From IMG/VR virus record IMGVR_UViG_3300013132_000031, positions 1-64,000 of that record: DNA of 64,000 nucleotides; one strand, 5' to 3'. Positions 34,251 to 44,285 of this stretch are shown here, piece after piece. Positions within the stretch are counted from its first letter, which is position 1, and every line of letters begins with the position of its first letter. This DNA comes from a virus. Made by a program: the position numbers and the translations under genes. The notes beneath the pieces are model-generated. The model was not told where the DNA came from and did not search any database. It saw nothing but the letters and a program-made list of their open reading frames with translations.

Positions 34251-36653
34251 TTATCCCTTGTATGTTTTCCATTGGTTGGTGAGAGCAAAAATGCTTTCAC
34301 GAACTTTTTCCATGTCGCCGTCACCGTCTAAATCAGCTTGTTTTTTGCCGGCTGCTTTGGCTTTCAGTACATTGTGTGCAAACTTGTTGCCTTCTTCCAT
34401 GTCGGCTTCGTCAACTTCTTTTTTGGCTTCGCGGATGCCGGCCATTTCACGCATGCGCTGAATGCTTTCTTTCACGCTGTCTTCTTCGTTCATATCATCA
34501 GCAGCGTCTTTCATGCTTTCTTTTTTGTTGCCATCTTTGTCCATGTCCAAGAAGTCAGGCTTGGCTGCTTCTGCCAGTCCAGCCATTTCTATCATTCTAC
34601 GCAAGGCATCTTCGTCTTGTGTGTGAACTGCTGTGTTGGGAATGGTAGTTTGTCCATCACCAGCAACATCTGTCTTGGGCTTGTTAATGCCACCTGCGTA
34701 TTGCAGTGCATCACTGGAAGTTTGAGTGTTGGTAGGATAGTCTGGAGCATTTTCATCCACTGCTTCGGCCATGCCACTGTGCATGTCATGATCATGACCG
34801 CCCACACCAGCTGATTTCAGCATCATGGCCAATTTCAAGGCGTCTTCGTCTGTGGCTGTGACTGTGAGGCTTTTGCCGCCTTCGGTTGAGTTACTCATAT
34901 TGATGCTCATGCTTTCGGCAATCATGGTTTCCAATTCACGATTCATTGAGTCGTAAATGCCTTTGCCAAAACTCATGCCTCCAGATTTGGCTGGTTTGAC
35001 ATCTACTTTGCCTTTGTCTAATGTGGTACTGATTCTACCGGTGCTGGAACTGGTTGAAGTTTTTCCTGGTCCAGTTTGTGTAGTAGTCAATCTACCGTCT
35101 TTAGAGTTCTCATCAACTTCTTTCTTGTCGACCTTGTCTGGCAGGCCTTTGTGCTTGGTCTTGGCAAAGTCTTCAGTGTCTTTTGGCTTCATGGTCCGGG
35201 CAACTTTTTTCAGCTCTTTGCTGGCGCCTTTGATCTTTTCACCTTTTTGCATGGCATGTGCCATGCCCATGAACTTTTGTTGTTGCTTGCTGACAGCTTT
35301 TTCAGCAATGGGTTCTTGATCATTGCCTTGTGCTGCCATGTAATCACGTGCGGTGTCCAGGTAATCCATGGCCTTGTTGATCTTGCTCTGCACCCATTCT
35401 GGCAAGTTGTCGTCAGCGTCAATGATGCTTTGCAGTTCGTTGGCTGCTGATTCAATGGTGTCAATGTCATCAAGAGCCATGTCGCCTTCGCGATCGTATT
35501 CGCCTTTTTCTGCTGGATCGTCTTCACCTTCCCGGGTCATCAACTTGGATTTTCTCTGAAAAACTTTTGCCTTGCTGCTGACATTTTTGGAACCTTCAGG
35601 ACGACCAGCTTTGGTCTGCTTTTGTTTTTTGTTGCCTTCGTCATCGGTTTCAGGATCCACACTGAGACCTTGATCATCTGTACGACGTGTCACAACACGG
35701 CCTGTGGCTGTGTGTTTGATGTCATGCTTGTGACCACGTTCAACTGAACCAACCTTGGGTGCATCTTTTCTTGGTGACTTGTAGTCAAATGCGTTGTCTT
35801 CATCCATCTCAGCGTCACGACCTCGACCGCCACCCAGGGCACTGCGCATGGCTTCGGCAGCCACATCGCCTAGCATTTCGTCAACTTCTTTTTTGGCGCC
35901 GGCAATCTTGTCGGCAAAAGTGATTTTGTCGGCAGGTGGTGCCAGTTTGGCAAATGACTTTTGCTTGGCAGTCATCGGAGCACCGGCTTCAGGCAAGTTG
36001 GGTTCTGCATGGGTGCCACGTGCGGCTTTGATGCTGCCTTTGAGACTGGAGATTTGATCTCTTGATGGCATGCCTTTTCTTGGTCCACGATCTAATATGT
36101 TATTTTTTATTCCTGAGCGACCAATACCTTGTCCTCTTTTTAACGGGTCAGTACTGGGAAATTCGCCTCCACCTATTTTGCGTTTTCTACCAGCATAGTC
36201 ATCGGGTTTTGGATTATAGTAGGCATCATCCATATCAGGACCGTACGTGTAGTCTGGTGGTTCCTGGGTGTACAACTTGTCTTTGTACTTGGGGGCGCGG
36301 TACTTGGCTGCTTCTGTGGTTTTTTGTTCAGGTTTCTTGTCTGTTTCCTTGACGGGTCTGCCTTGCTCAGCAGCCTTGCGCTTATAGGCTGGAATGTTGA
36401 CGGGGTTAGTAGGGTCCAGATCCTTTAAACGATCTTCGATACCTTCATCGTACTTGTCGTATTTTTTTCTAATGGGATCAAGAGCTTTGCCTTCGCGACC
36501 AGCCTTGGCCAATGCTTCCATGCCTTGTTTGCCATACTTTTCATAGCCCTTGGCAGCACGACTCATGTCACGCTCATTTAGTTGTTGATGTGTGACTTCG
36601 GGTGTGGCACGAATGCTGTCTAGTTTTTTATTTAAATCGTAAAAGAAACTCAT
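34251..36653 (-). CDS. Large charged low-complexity probable head-internal/scaffold protein
   Basis: 800 aa, K/E/D-rich. 3x KKEVDE, LPEWVQSKI, KAVSKQQQKFMGM and DxDxDG motifs. Confidence 0.6.
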   Translation of the reverse strand: MSFFYDLNKKLDSIRATPEVTHQQLNERDMSRAAKGYEKYGKQGMEALAKAGREGKALDPIRKKYDKYDEGIEDRLKDLDPTNPVNIPAYKRKAAEQGRPVKETDKKPEQKTTEAAKYRAPKYKDKLYTQEPPDYTYGPDMDDAYYNPKPDDYAGRKRKIGGGEFPSTDPLKRGQGIGRSGIKNNILDRGPRKGMPSRDQISSLKGSIKAARGTHAEPNLPEAGAPMTAKQKSFAKLAPPADKITFADKIAGAKKEVDEMLGDVAAEAMRSALGGGRGRDAEMDEDNAFDYKSPRKDAPKVGSVERGHKHDIKHTATGRVVTRRTDDQGLSVDPETDDEGNKKQKQTKAGRPEGSKNVSSKAKVFQRKSKLMTREGEDDPAEKGEYDREGDMALDDIDTIESAANELQSIIDADDNLPEWVQSKINKAMDYLDTARDYMAAQGNDQEPIAEKAVSKQQQKFMGMAHAMQKGEKIKGASKELKKVARTMKPKDTEDFAKTKHKGLPDKVDKKEVDENSKDGRLTTTQTGPGKTSTSSSTGRISTTLDKGKVDVKPAKSGGMSFGKGIYDSMNRELETMIAESMSINMSNSTEGGKSLTVTATDEDALKLAMMLKSAGVGGHDHDMHSGMAEAVDENAPDYPTNTQTSSDALQYAGGINKPKTDVAGDGQTTIPNTAVHTQDEDALRRMIEMAGLAEAAKPDFLDMDKDGNKKESMKDAADDMNEEDSVKESIQRMREMAGIREAKKEVDEADMEEGNKFAHNVLKAKAAGKKQADLDGDGDMEKVRESIFALTNQWKTYKG

Positions 36654-36659
36654 TTTGTA

Positions 36660-37268
36660 TTATCCTCGGGGTTGTGCGCCAGTGCTTGGCTTGGGTGGAC
36701 GTTTGATATTGCTCATTGGACTCTTGTTGCCCGTTGGAATATCATTTGTGGTTCGGGCTGCAGGTGTTCGACCACCAGCCACTGTGAAATCTGTACGGTA
36801 TGCGTTTTTCAACACAGCATGATCGTATGGACCGGTAGCATAGTCTTTCTTCAGGGCTCGCTGTTCAGCATCGAGCGCAGGATAATCAGTGTCAGTCAAC
36901 AGGTCTTTGTTTTCTGCTTCAACCTTGTTGGCCTCGTCAACCAGGCCGTCAACATAATTTTGTGTTTGCATCACAATGTGATTGGGATCAAAGCCCAACA
37001 ATTGTGCCAGTTGTTTAATCTGTGGCTCAATGGCTGGATACTTGAAACTTACATCAAACATGGACACACTGTCATTGGGATTGTTGGGAAAGTCAGTCAG
37101 CACTTTTTGTATGGGTGTGGTTTTTACGTCGCCCATGCTCACTGGATCAAATTGATCCAGTTTTTGTTTGAGATCACGAATCAACTCCGCAGACGGTTTG
37201 CCCAGAAGTTTAATACGATAATCGTAAGTGCGCTCACTTTCGGCTAGGTATTGTGCAAATTTTTTCAT
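36660..37268 (-). CDS. Putative head protein
   Basis: N-terminus MKKFAQYLAE; TAAATA at 37286-91. Confidence 0.55.
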   Translation of the reverse strand: MKKFAQYLAESERTYDYRIKLLGKPSAELIRDLKQKLDQFDPVSMGDVKTTPIQKVLTDFPNNPNDSVSMFDVSFKYPAIEPQIKQLAQLLGFDPNHIVMQTQNYVDGLVDEANKVEAENKDLLTDTDYPALDAEQRALKKDYATGPYDHAVLKNAYRTDFTVAGGRTPAARTTNDIPTGNKSPMSNIKRPPKPSTGAQPRG

Positions 37269-37288
37269 GTCAGGTTCCTGTAGGGTAT

Positions 37289-37810
37289 TTATTCTTTTTT
37301 GTCATTTTGATCTTTGCTGAGTCGCAATCGGTCCAAGAGATCATTACGACTCAGCACCATGCCCTGTGCTGTTTGCATGGCTTCGCCCGTGCCAGCATCT
37401 GCTGCTTTGGCGTCTATAACTTGTTGTTGCTGATCCAGGCGCATTTTTTTCATCTGCAGATCAATCATCTTGAGCTTTTTGTCTAGCTTGGCTGTTTTTG
37501 CTGTGATTGCATGCCCCAGCATGTTGCTGGCCACTGAGAATATTTCGCTGGCAAATCTTGAATCAACTTGCATGCCAAGGTCCATGAGATCTTTGTAGCT
37601 GTCTTTGGCCAGTTCAGCCAGGCCGTCCATTTCTTCATCACTGCTTTCAAGTCCGCGCACACCAGGTAAAGCAGTGTCTATTTTGTCTATGTTTTCGTCC
37701 AGGATTTGCAGTTGTGTGCGCAGGTCCGCCACAGGGGGGCTGCCAGCATCAGTTTCGGAGGAGTCCTCTGATGGGGGTAATTCAAACAGTTCTTCCAGTT
37801 TACGAGTCAT
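37289..37810 (-). CDS. Possible terminase small subunit (gp16-like)
   Basis: 173 aa, helical. EIFSVASNML...KLDKKLKMIDLQ and terminal SRNDLLDRL resemble gp16 architecture. TAAATA 4 nt upstream. Confidence 0.45.
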   Translation of the reverse strand: MTRKLEELFELPPSEDSSETDAGSPPVADLRTQLQILDENIDKIDTALPGVRGLESSDEEMDGLAELAKDSYKDLMDLGMQVDSRFASEIFSVASNMLGHAITAKTAKLDKKLKMIDLQMKKMRLDQQQQVIDAKAADAGTGEAMQTAQGMVLSRNDLLDRLRLSKDQNDKKE

Positions 37811-37824
37811 GCCATATTTAGTGG

Positions 37825-38256
37825 CTATTTTTTTCCGTTATGAAACATTTGGTCTTCAGTGATCACTCTAAAAGTGATGCCATTTTTCTGAGCCCATTTG
37901 GTTGCAGCCGCCCATTTGGCATAGTTGATGGCCACAACAGCACGGTCTCGACTGCTCATTTTTGATTCAACCACACTTTGTTTTTTGGGTTTGATTTCAA
38001 TCAACTCTGCTCGCATGATGTTGTCACGTGTGCGATAAGTGATCAGAAAGTCTGGAATGTACTGTGTGCCTTTGCCAGTGAGTGGGTGCCGATAAGGTAT
38101 GGCAATGCTTTCACTGGCCCATTGCAAGATATGATCATTGGTGTCGCAGAATTTCATAAAACTGAATTCCCAACCAGATCTATAACGCGGCTTGCCTTTG
38201 CCCACGTATTTGTCTGCGTTCAGCACTTCATAATATCCCTGGGCCCAGTGACTCAT
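37825..38256 (-). CDS. Head completion nuclease (T4 gp4-like)
   Basis: YRSGWE, WASE, IPY, YIPDF, IEIKP, NYAKW and ITE. Confidence 0.9.
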   Translation of the reverse strand: MSHWAQGYYEVLNADKYVGKGKPRYRSGWEFSFMKFCDTNDHILQWASESIAIPYRHPLTGKGTQYIPDFLITYRTRDNIMRAELIEIKPKKQSVVESKMSSRDRAVVAINYAKWAAATKWAQKNGITFRVITEDQMFHNGKK

Positions 38257-38612
38257 GGCAGTACATTTCTGGCTTGATAAAAGTTTGGCACCACTGCTGA
38301 CCCCACGCCCAGCAGTGTGGCTCGTGATCGTATGTTGTTGAGATAGTAGGCTAAACTGACATCAATTTTCAATCCTGTGTTGGACTGCATTTGTTGCAAC
38401 AATGTCAGTGCTGAGATTTGGGTTTGTTCAGCAACTCTAAACAAGCTCACAGTAAAATTTCCTGCGGCTTGTTTGGTTTTCATCACGCTTAAAAAATAGC
38501 TGTACACAATGTCATATTCAGCAGCAGGAATGTTGGCGTCATAGTCATAAAAACTGTCAAACACACGCACAGTTTGATCAATGTTGGTATTGGCATAATT
38601 TACTGTGGTCAT
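38253..38612 (-). CDS. Hypothetical protein
   Basis: 119-aa ORF in the tail operon. Confidence 0.65.
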   Translation of the reverse strand: MTTVNYANTNIDQTVRVFDSFYDYDANIPAAEYDIVYSYFLSVMKTKQAAGNFTVSLFRVAEQTQISALTLLQQMQSNTGLKIDVSLAYYLNNIRSRATLLGVGSAVVPNFYQARNVLP

Positions 38613-38615
38613 GAT

Positions 38616-39818
38616 TTAGATAGCCCCAGGGTTTTGTCTTCGAGCAGCGGCTTCGTTGGCTTGTTTGGTGGCTTGATCACGCTCAGCCTGTGCTCGAGGA
38701 AACAACCAACCATCAGCTTTGTTGGTCACTGCTTTTGTGGCGTCAGGAAGACCTTGAACCAAAACATTCTTGCCCAGGGCCTTGGCTTCACTGCGAGCAA
38801 TGGAGGAAATGTTTTTGTTCTTGTATGTTTGATTTAGTCTGGCACCTTTTTGCACAGCACCAATCAAGCCCAGCACTGAACCACTTTGCAGATCGCCAAT
38901 GATGCCAGCGCCAGTTTCCAACAGCCCGCCTTGTCCAAACACTGTGGTAGTGCTGCCTGGTCTAGCAATAGGACTGGTGGTTTTGTCATAGTGTGCAGGA
39001 TCAGCAAAACCTATCACATTGGCGTCGCCACCGTTGCGTGGATCTCCAACTGCACCAGAATAATATTTCACAGTTTCGTAAGCCACGGTCATTGAATTTT
39101 GCATGATGCCGCCACCTTCAGCATAGTTGTATTGGTCATGACTCCAGTTTGTAATCAAGGGATTGATCAAGATGTACTCAGCAAACTTGTGCTGATCCAT
39201 GCCGTAGATTCTGATGTCGCGGAAGAAAGGTGGCTTGCCTGAAGTCAATGTTGATGCGCCATCATTGTATGCTTCACCAATATAGCCCCAGTCGTTGACA
39301 TTGCCCAGACGTTGTTGACTGTAGAGGTCGCGACCAGTGTAGCCAAATCCGGCCACGCGACTGGCATCTTGCCCGTTGCTGCCGTTGTTGTTGTTGGGTT
39401 CTAAATATCTTTGAGCTGGATCTTTGTAGTAATAGCTCATGTAGTAGTACCAAAGTTTTCGTATAAGGTCGTTGCTGGTGTCATGAAACACCACACTCAC
39501 AGGTTCATAGTTTAACTTGGTCTGTACGATTCTTTTGCGATTGTATTGATTTAGTGTTTCTGTTTCAATGTTGTACTTGGGCAAGTCCACAGTTTTCACT
39601 GCTAGGCTTATGTTTTTGATGTCGTCTGGATCAGCAAAGGCGCCGCGCAAAAAAGGCACTTCGGCTGTGTTCAAAGTAAAACTCACATGGAAAAGAAACT
39701 TGAATCTGGGTTTGAGTTCGTAGGCGTTGGTGGTAAACGTTTTGCTTGCGTGAGTGTAATCACGCAAGCTGTTGTTGCCTACGAACCCTTTTAAGAAGTC
39801 CTGGCCAAATGACGGCAT
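38616..39818 (-). CDS. Tail-tube-like baseplate/tube initiator protein
   Basis: VKTVDLP, NQYNRK, FHD and VAYE (gp19/gp54 fold); directly after the tail tube gene. Confidence 0.6.
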   Translation of the reverse strand: MPSFGQDFLKGFVGNNSLRDYTHASKTFTTNAYELKPRFKFLFHVSFTLNTAEVPFLRGAFADPDDIKNISLAVKTVDLPKYNIETETLNQYNRKRIVQTKLNYEPVSVVFHDTSNDLIRKLWYYYMSYYYKDPAQRYLEPNNNNGSNGQDASRVAGFGYTGRDLYSQQRLGNVNDWGYIGEAYNDGASTLTSGKPPFFRDIRIYGMDQHKFAEYILINPLITNWSHDQYNYAEGGGIMQNSMTVAYETVKYYSGAVGDPRNGGDANVIGFADPAHYDKTTSPIARPGSTTTVFGQGGLLETGAGIIGDLQSGSVLGLIGAVQKGARLNQTYKNKNISSIARSEAKALGKNVLVQGLPDATKAVTNKADGWLFPRAQAERDQATKQANEAAARRQNPGAI

Positions 39819-39820
39819 GT

Positions 39821-40447
39821 TTAGACGCCTGAGCCAGTTACCACATCACCTAACGCACGCCCAATTTCAGTGCCAACGCCAGAGCCTTCAGGAGTCTGAT
39901 TGGCATTGTCGTAAGCAATGGTCATGGCAATGGTCACAGCTTCGTTGGTGCCATAATTGAGTTCACCGTAGTCAGCACCTTTGAGGTAGCAGCCATACAA
40001 TTCCCAGGTTTCAAGTATCACAGGTGCATTGGCACCGTTGCCACCATCCAACACTTCAATCTTGGTAAGGAATTTGTAGTCAATGCCAGCTGCGGCTGAA
40101 CTCATTTCCAAGAAGTCCATTTGTTTCTGGAACTGCTCGCCGATCAAACGGCTCACTGCGCCTGACGCATCATCTCGTATGGTACAAGCAATGTCTGTCC
40201 AGGTGTGTCGACCAGCCAGCTTCAATGTTGAGTTGTAGATGGGCAGTGCAATTTCTTCAAAGGTCAAGTTGGGTCGTGCCACGCTGAGCACTTGTTTGGT
40301 TAATTCAGTTCTTGGAGTGCTTACCCCAAAGTTTTCAAACATCACTCTAAAGCGATATCTAAGTTTGGGCATCAACAGGCCTTGAGTGGTAGAACTTTGA
40401 TCACTTGCCAAGGGTACTGTCATTCGCTGTAATGATGAAACGGCCAT
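39821..40447 (-). CDS. Tail tube protein (gp19-like)
   Basis: PKLRYRFRV, LAGRHTW, WELYGC and IAYDNA; follows the sheath gene; TAAATA at 40467-72. Confidence 0.85.
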   Translation of the reverse strand: MAVSSLQRMTVPLASDQSSTTQGLLMPKLRYRFRVMFENFGVSTPRTELTKQVLSVARPNLTFEEIALPIYNSTLKLAGRHTWTDIACTIRDDASGAVSRLIGEQFQKQMDFLEMSSAAAGIDYKFLTKIEVLDGGNGANAPVILETWELYGCYLKGADYGELNYGTNEAVTIAMTIAYDNANQTPEGSGVGTEIGRALGDVVTGSGV

Positions 40448-40479
40448 TTGTTATCTCCTATATGTTTATTTAGCTGAAT

Positions 40480-40505
40480 AGGTGACCGGAAAAATCCGGT
40501 CACCT
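40480..40505 (-). terminator. Hairpin after the sheath gene (terminator or processing site)
   Basis: AGGTGACCGGA-4 nt-TCCGGTCACCT. Confidence 0.6.
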
Positions 40506-40508
40506 TTA

Positions 40509-43500
40509 TCATTGTCCAGCTGCAATGGCTCCAGTATTCTTGATACGCAGTGGAATGTAAATGAATTCCACGGACTTTACAGGTTCAATGGCCACATCCA
40601 AATAAAGTTCATTGCGATCAATTCTAGCAGGTGTATTATTGCTTTCGTCACACACCACCAGATAGTCATAGATGGCACGTTTGGCTATCAAGTCAATCAT
40701 CAGACTATTTGTGGTGTTGAGTATTTCATTGCGTGTGATCTGATCATTGGGTTCAAACAAGTACAGTTTGCCAATTTCTTCCAGGCGTCCACGCAAGAAC
40801 ACTATGAGTCGGGCCACGTTGATACGATCCAAGGCCGTGGTCGTAGTCTGACGTGTTTTGTTGCCAAAGTTGGTTATACCCACTCCTGGAATAAAGGTAA
40901 TGGGGTTGATGTTGTTTTCGTACAATACATCACGCAGTCCTTGACCTATGGCAGTTTGCACAAATTCACCTGTGGCAGAGTCAATGTAACCAATTGCACT
41001 GGCATTGTCAATCACACCGCGGCGTGTGCCAGCTGGTGCCAACCATGGAAAACTAACAGCATCACTGCGCAGTATGGTGCGTACCATCATGTGACTGGGC
41101 GGTGCAACCACTGTGTTGCCTGACAGATCATTAGTTTGACAGCTGGGATAGAACACAGCAGCATAAGCTGATCCAATGGTCAATCCATCTTCTGTTGGCA
41201 ATCCAAGTCCGCCATTGTCGGTGGCATAGGTTGCAAGGTCAGTGCCATTGGCTGCAAGACGCATGGGAGTGTCACCCACAACAAACAATGTGTTTGATCG
41301 TTCATTGCTGAGCGCCACTAGATTGGTGGCCAGTTCAGGATACCCAGGTGCTGCTATCAAATTGAATTGATTTTGTTCTTCTCTGGCAGATAAGCTGGTA
41401 TCTATACCAGCTCGCATGGCTCTGATTACCAGTGCTCGTTGGGCTTGACGTCCTGCATACATGCTACCGTTGTCTTTGTTACCGCTGGTGGTAACCCAAG
41501 TGTAACTGTACAATGGCAAGTTGGCATTGTTTGTAGGGGCAGCAGGATTGTAAGCACCAGCATCAGGATAATTGGCTGTGGTAAAGTAGTTGGTTGTAAA
41601 CTCTTTTACATTGTAACCGCTTCTACGTGTGTTGAACAACAGCATGCCTTGGGGATACAGTGCAGGATCGGGCGCATCCAGATCCAAGTGGTCGCTGGTC
41701 AACAAACTCTCAATGGTAGGAATGTCATCAGTCACAGGATTGGTGGCGCCTGTTGTGCTCCAACGTGCATCAGCAAACAAGATACCATTTTGTGTCACTT
41801 GGTCTGTGGTATCCACTGCTACCCATTGCTCCAGTCCGTCTACCTGTTCCCAACGATACAGGGCAGGATACGCTTCTAGGTCACTGGTGTCAATCCAAAG
41901 GTCGCCCAGTTCTAGTGGTGACTCAGCTGTGTCATTTTGTGTGAGCGGAGCCGATGCAGCCACTATGGGACCACTGGCATTGGTCAAGCTGAGATCAAAG
42001 CCGCGAACATCATTTGTGACGTTTTGATAACCAAGCCAGGCGCCATTTTCTTGTATCATGATGTCTGCTTCGTCCACAGTGCTGTAGTACCACAATCTAC
42101 CGTCGGTAGGATTTTGATCTGGTGCATTGTCGCTGGCAGTGTAGGTGAACAGTGGGCTTGTGACCCAATTAGACAACACAAGATAGCTGCCGCCCAATGG
42201 ATCAGCTCTGACGTATGTGGTGTTAACAGAAAATCCTGCAGTGGCCAATGGTGTACCAGTGTCGGGTCCCACAAAAATAGTACCGCCTTGTGAATGTGTG
42301 AACACAATCTTGCCTGCGCTGTTTACACTGGCGCTGACAAATGGCACATTGGCCAAGCTCACTGCTGAGATAAAGTTGGCCACTGAGCCTGTGCCTGCAA
42401 TGGTCACTGTGGCTGTGGTCGTTGTGGCTGTGCCAGCTTCTGTACCAATCAAAACAAAAGTATTGCCTGGAGTAAATGCGTTGCCAGTGGGAGTGGTTGT
42501 GCCTGTGACCACTGTGGCCCCCAATGCAATTCTTTCCAACAGAAGGAAAGCACTGTTGGCATTTGGTGCAGTTGTTGACGCCAAGCTGTTGTACTGTGTA
42601 TAAGTTGTGCCTACAGGTATGTTCTTGCCGCCGCCTGTGGGGTCAAGACTGAATATGGCCTGTGCATCGTCTTGGAACACAAGAGAATCTTGACTCACAA
42701 ACACATCCAATGCAGCTGAATATTTTTTAACTTTGAGACTCATGCCTGCATTAACAGGGCTGAGATTTTGCCACACACTGCCGGTGGGATGCGGTGCTGT
42801 GCTTACGCCAGTGCCTGTGTCTGTGGTTCTCCAACGTGGAGCCTGATAACTGTAGCCTGGGAAATAAGCAGGTGAACGATATTCCAACGCTGTGATACCC
42901 AAGGCAGTCAACAGTGCTGAACCACCATTGGGACCAGGGATGATAGAAACCAGTCCGCCAGACGCAGTGGATCCGTCATTGGTGGCCAGGCTGTTGGCAT
43001 AGATGGCCAGGCTGCCGCCCACATTCGCAGCACTCACACCAGTGATGGCTGCTGCATTGATGGTGTTGGCAAATCCTGTCACAGTGTTGGTAGCACCCAC
43101 CGCAATCAAGTTGCCGTTGATGTAGATATTGGCGCCAACGGTTAGAGTGGTCGGAGTGGTTGATCCAACCACTGCTGGCCAAGATATTTTCCAAGCGTCT
43201 GTGCCCACTTGTACCCAGTCATTGTCTTCGTTTTTGTAGTACATGGGGTTGTTTAACGCCACCGCACTCACTGCATAGTCTCCAACACTGCCAAATGATG
43301 GGATGGGAGTATAATCGTCAGCATCAAAGTCTACTACATTCACAGTGTCTACAATTACCAGTGGAGTTTTTGTGGTAAATGTTGCCGAAGTTTGATTCCA
43401 TTCTTGTACTCCCCACACTGTGGTAGAAGTATCCAACCAATAAGTTCCGTTGTCGGGGTTGCCAGTGGGACGACTGAGAGTAGCTGTCAATTCAGTCAAG

Positions 43501-43844
43501 TCAATGTCAACACGTTGAATATAAGCACGATTTGACACGCCCAGTGCAGAGTATGCTGCCAACAAACCGTATTCGTTGAGCTCGTAGCCGTTGATGGGAG
43601 TACCAGTGGTAGTGCTGTAGAAAAATGGCACGCCAAATGTGGCTGCAAGATCACGTTGACTGGTTATGAGATATGTTTTGTTGGCGTTGGCAGCAGTAGT
43701 GCCTGCTGCAATGCCTATACCTGCAGCATCAGCTTTGTTTTGTGCTGTGGCCACAAGAAAATAGGGTACTGTGTTTACCGCGGAAGGGATATATTGACTC
43801 TCGTCAATTACTGTTACTTCTACGCCAGGTGATGTTAGTGCCAT
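40509..43844 (-). CDS. Contractile tail sheath protein (gp18-like), 1111 aa
   Basis: MALTSPGVEV, PWLAPAG..RG, INPI, RINVARL, FEPND and IEPVKSVEFI. Confidence 0.95.
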   Translation of the reverse strand: MALTSPGVEVTVIDESQYIPSAVNTVPYFLVATAQNKADAAGIGIAAGTTAANANKTYLITSQRDLAATFGVPFFYSTTTGTPINGYELNEYGLLAAYSALGVSNRAYIQRVDIDLTELTATLSRPTGNPDNGTYWLDTSTTVWGVQEWNQTSATFTTKTPLVIVDTVNVVDFDADDYTPIPSFGSVGDYAVSAVALNNPMYYKNEDNDWVQVGTDAWKISWPAVVGSTTPTTLTVGANIYINGNLIAVGATNTVTGFANTINAAAITGVSAANVGGSLAIYANSLATNDGSTASGGLVSIIPGPNGGSALLTALGITALEYRSPAYFPGYSYQAPRWRTTDTGTGVSTAPHPTGSVWQNLSPVNAGMSLKVKKYSAALDVFVSQDSLVFQDDAQAIFSLDPTGGGKNIPVGTTYTQYNSLASTTAPNANSAFLLLERIALGATVVTGTTTPTGNAFTPGNTFVLIGTEAGTATTTTATVTIAGTGSVANFISAVSLANVPFVSASVNSAGKIVFTHSQGGTIFVGPDTGTPLATAGFSVNTTYVRADPLGGSYLVLSNWVTSPLFTYTASDNAPDQNPTDGRLWYYSTVDEADIMIQENGAWLGYQNVTNDVRGFDLSLTNASGPIVAASAPLTQNDTAESPLELGDLWIDTSDLEAYPALYRWEQVDGLEQWVAVDTTDQVTQNGILFADARWSTTGATNPVTDDIPTIESLLTSDHLDLDAPDPALYPQGMLLFNTRRSGYNVKEFTTNYFTTANYPDAGAYNPAAPTNNANLPLYSYTWVTTSGNKDNGSMYAGRQAQRALVIRAMRAGIDTSLSAREEQNQFNLIAAPGYPELATNLVALSNERSNTLFVVGDTPMRLAANGTDLATYATDNGGLGLPTEDGLTIGSAYAAVFYPSCQTNDLSGNTVVAPPSHMMVRTILRSDAVSFPWLAPAGTRRGVIDNASAIGYIDSATGEFVQTAIGQGLRDVLYENNINPITFIPGVGITNFGNKTRQTTTTALDRINVARLIVFLRGRLEEIGKLYLFEPNDQITRNEILNTTNSLMIDLIAKRAIYDYLVVCDESNNTPARIDRNELYLDVAIEPVKSVEFIYIPLRIKNTGAIAAGQ

Positions 43845-43869
43845 GATTACTTCCTTTTCAAGTTATTGA

Positions 43870-43936
43870 TATTTATAGGCATACCCAAAAAAACTCAGTT
43901 TACACTGCCCTTTGCCCAAGGTCCAGGCGCTAAATA
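43870..43936. promoter_or_regulatory. Divergent late promoters
   Basis: TATAAATA on minus (43870-77) for the sheath; TAAATA on plus (43931-36) for the HNH gene. Confidence 0.7.
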
Positions 43937-43940
43937 TCGT

Positions 43941-44285
43941 ATGAGACCCATTTGTCAAGCCTGCAATCAACGGCCATGTGCTGTGAATTACATTAAGGAA
44001 GATACAACACACTATCGCAGTCGTTGCGAAACTTGCCAGCGCCGGGGACGAGGAATCAAGCCCAGGGAGCCACGTTGGAAATCTTCAGGATACAAGAAAA
44101 AACCCGCATGTGATAGATGCGGGTTTCGAGCAAGACTTGCCAGTCAGTTGTTGGTGTATCACATTGACGGAGATCTCAACAATGTTGCATTGAGAAATCT
44201 CAAAACAATCTGTAAAAATTGTGTAGAAGAAGTGTCACGCACAGAAGTTACTTGGCGGGCGGGTGATCTCGAACCAGACGCTTGA
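43941..44285 (+). CDS. Zn-finger HNH-like protein
   Basis: Four CxxC pairs and HIDGDLNN..NL..ICKNC. Start ATG at 43941. Confidence 0.7.
   Translation: MRPICQACNQRPCAVNYIKEDTTHYRSRCETCQRRGRGIKPREPRWKSSGYKKKPACDRCGFRARLASQLLVYHIDGDLNNVALRNLKTICKNCVEEVSRTEVTWRAGDLEPDA

Noticed and set aside
37825-38256. TnsA transposase or mobile element
   Set aside because: The motifs and context fit the gp4 head-completion nuclease, which shares that fold.
43941-44285. Mobile homing endonuclease
   Set aside because: It is short, has its own late box, interrupts no gene and lacks an obvious extra DNA-binding domain; more likely a resident gene.
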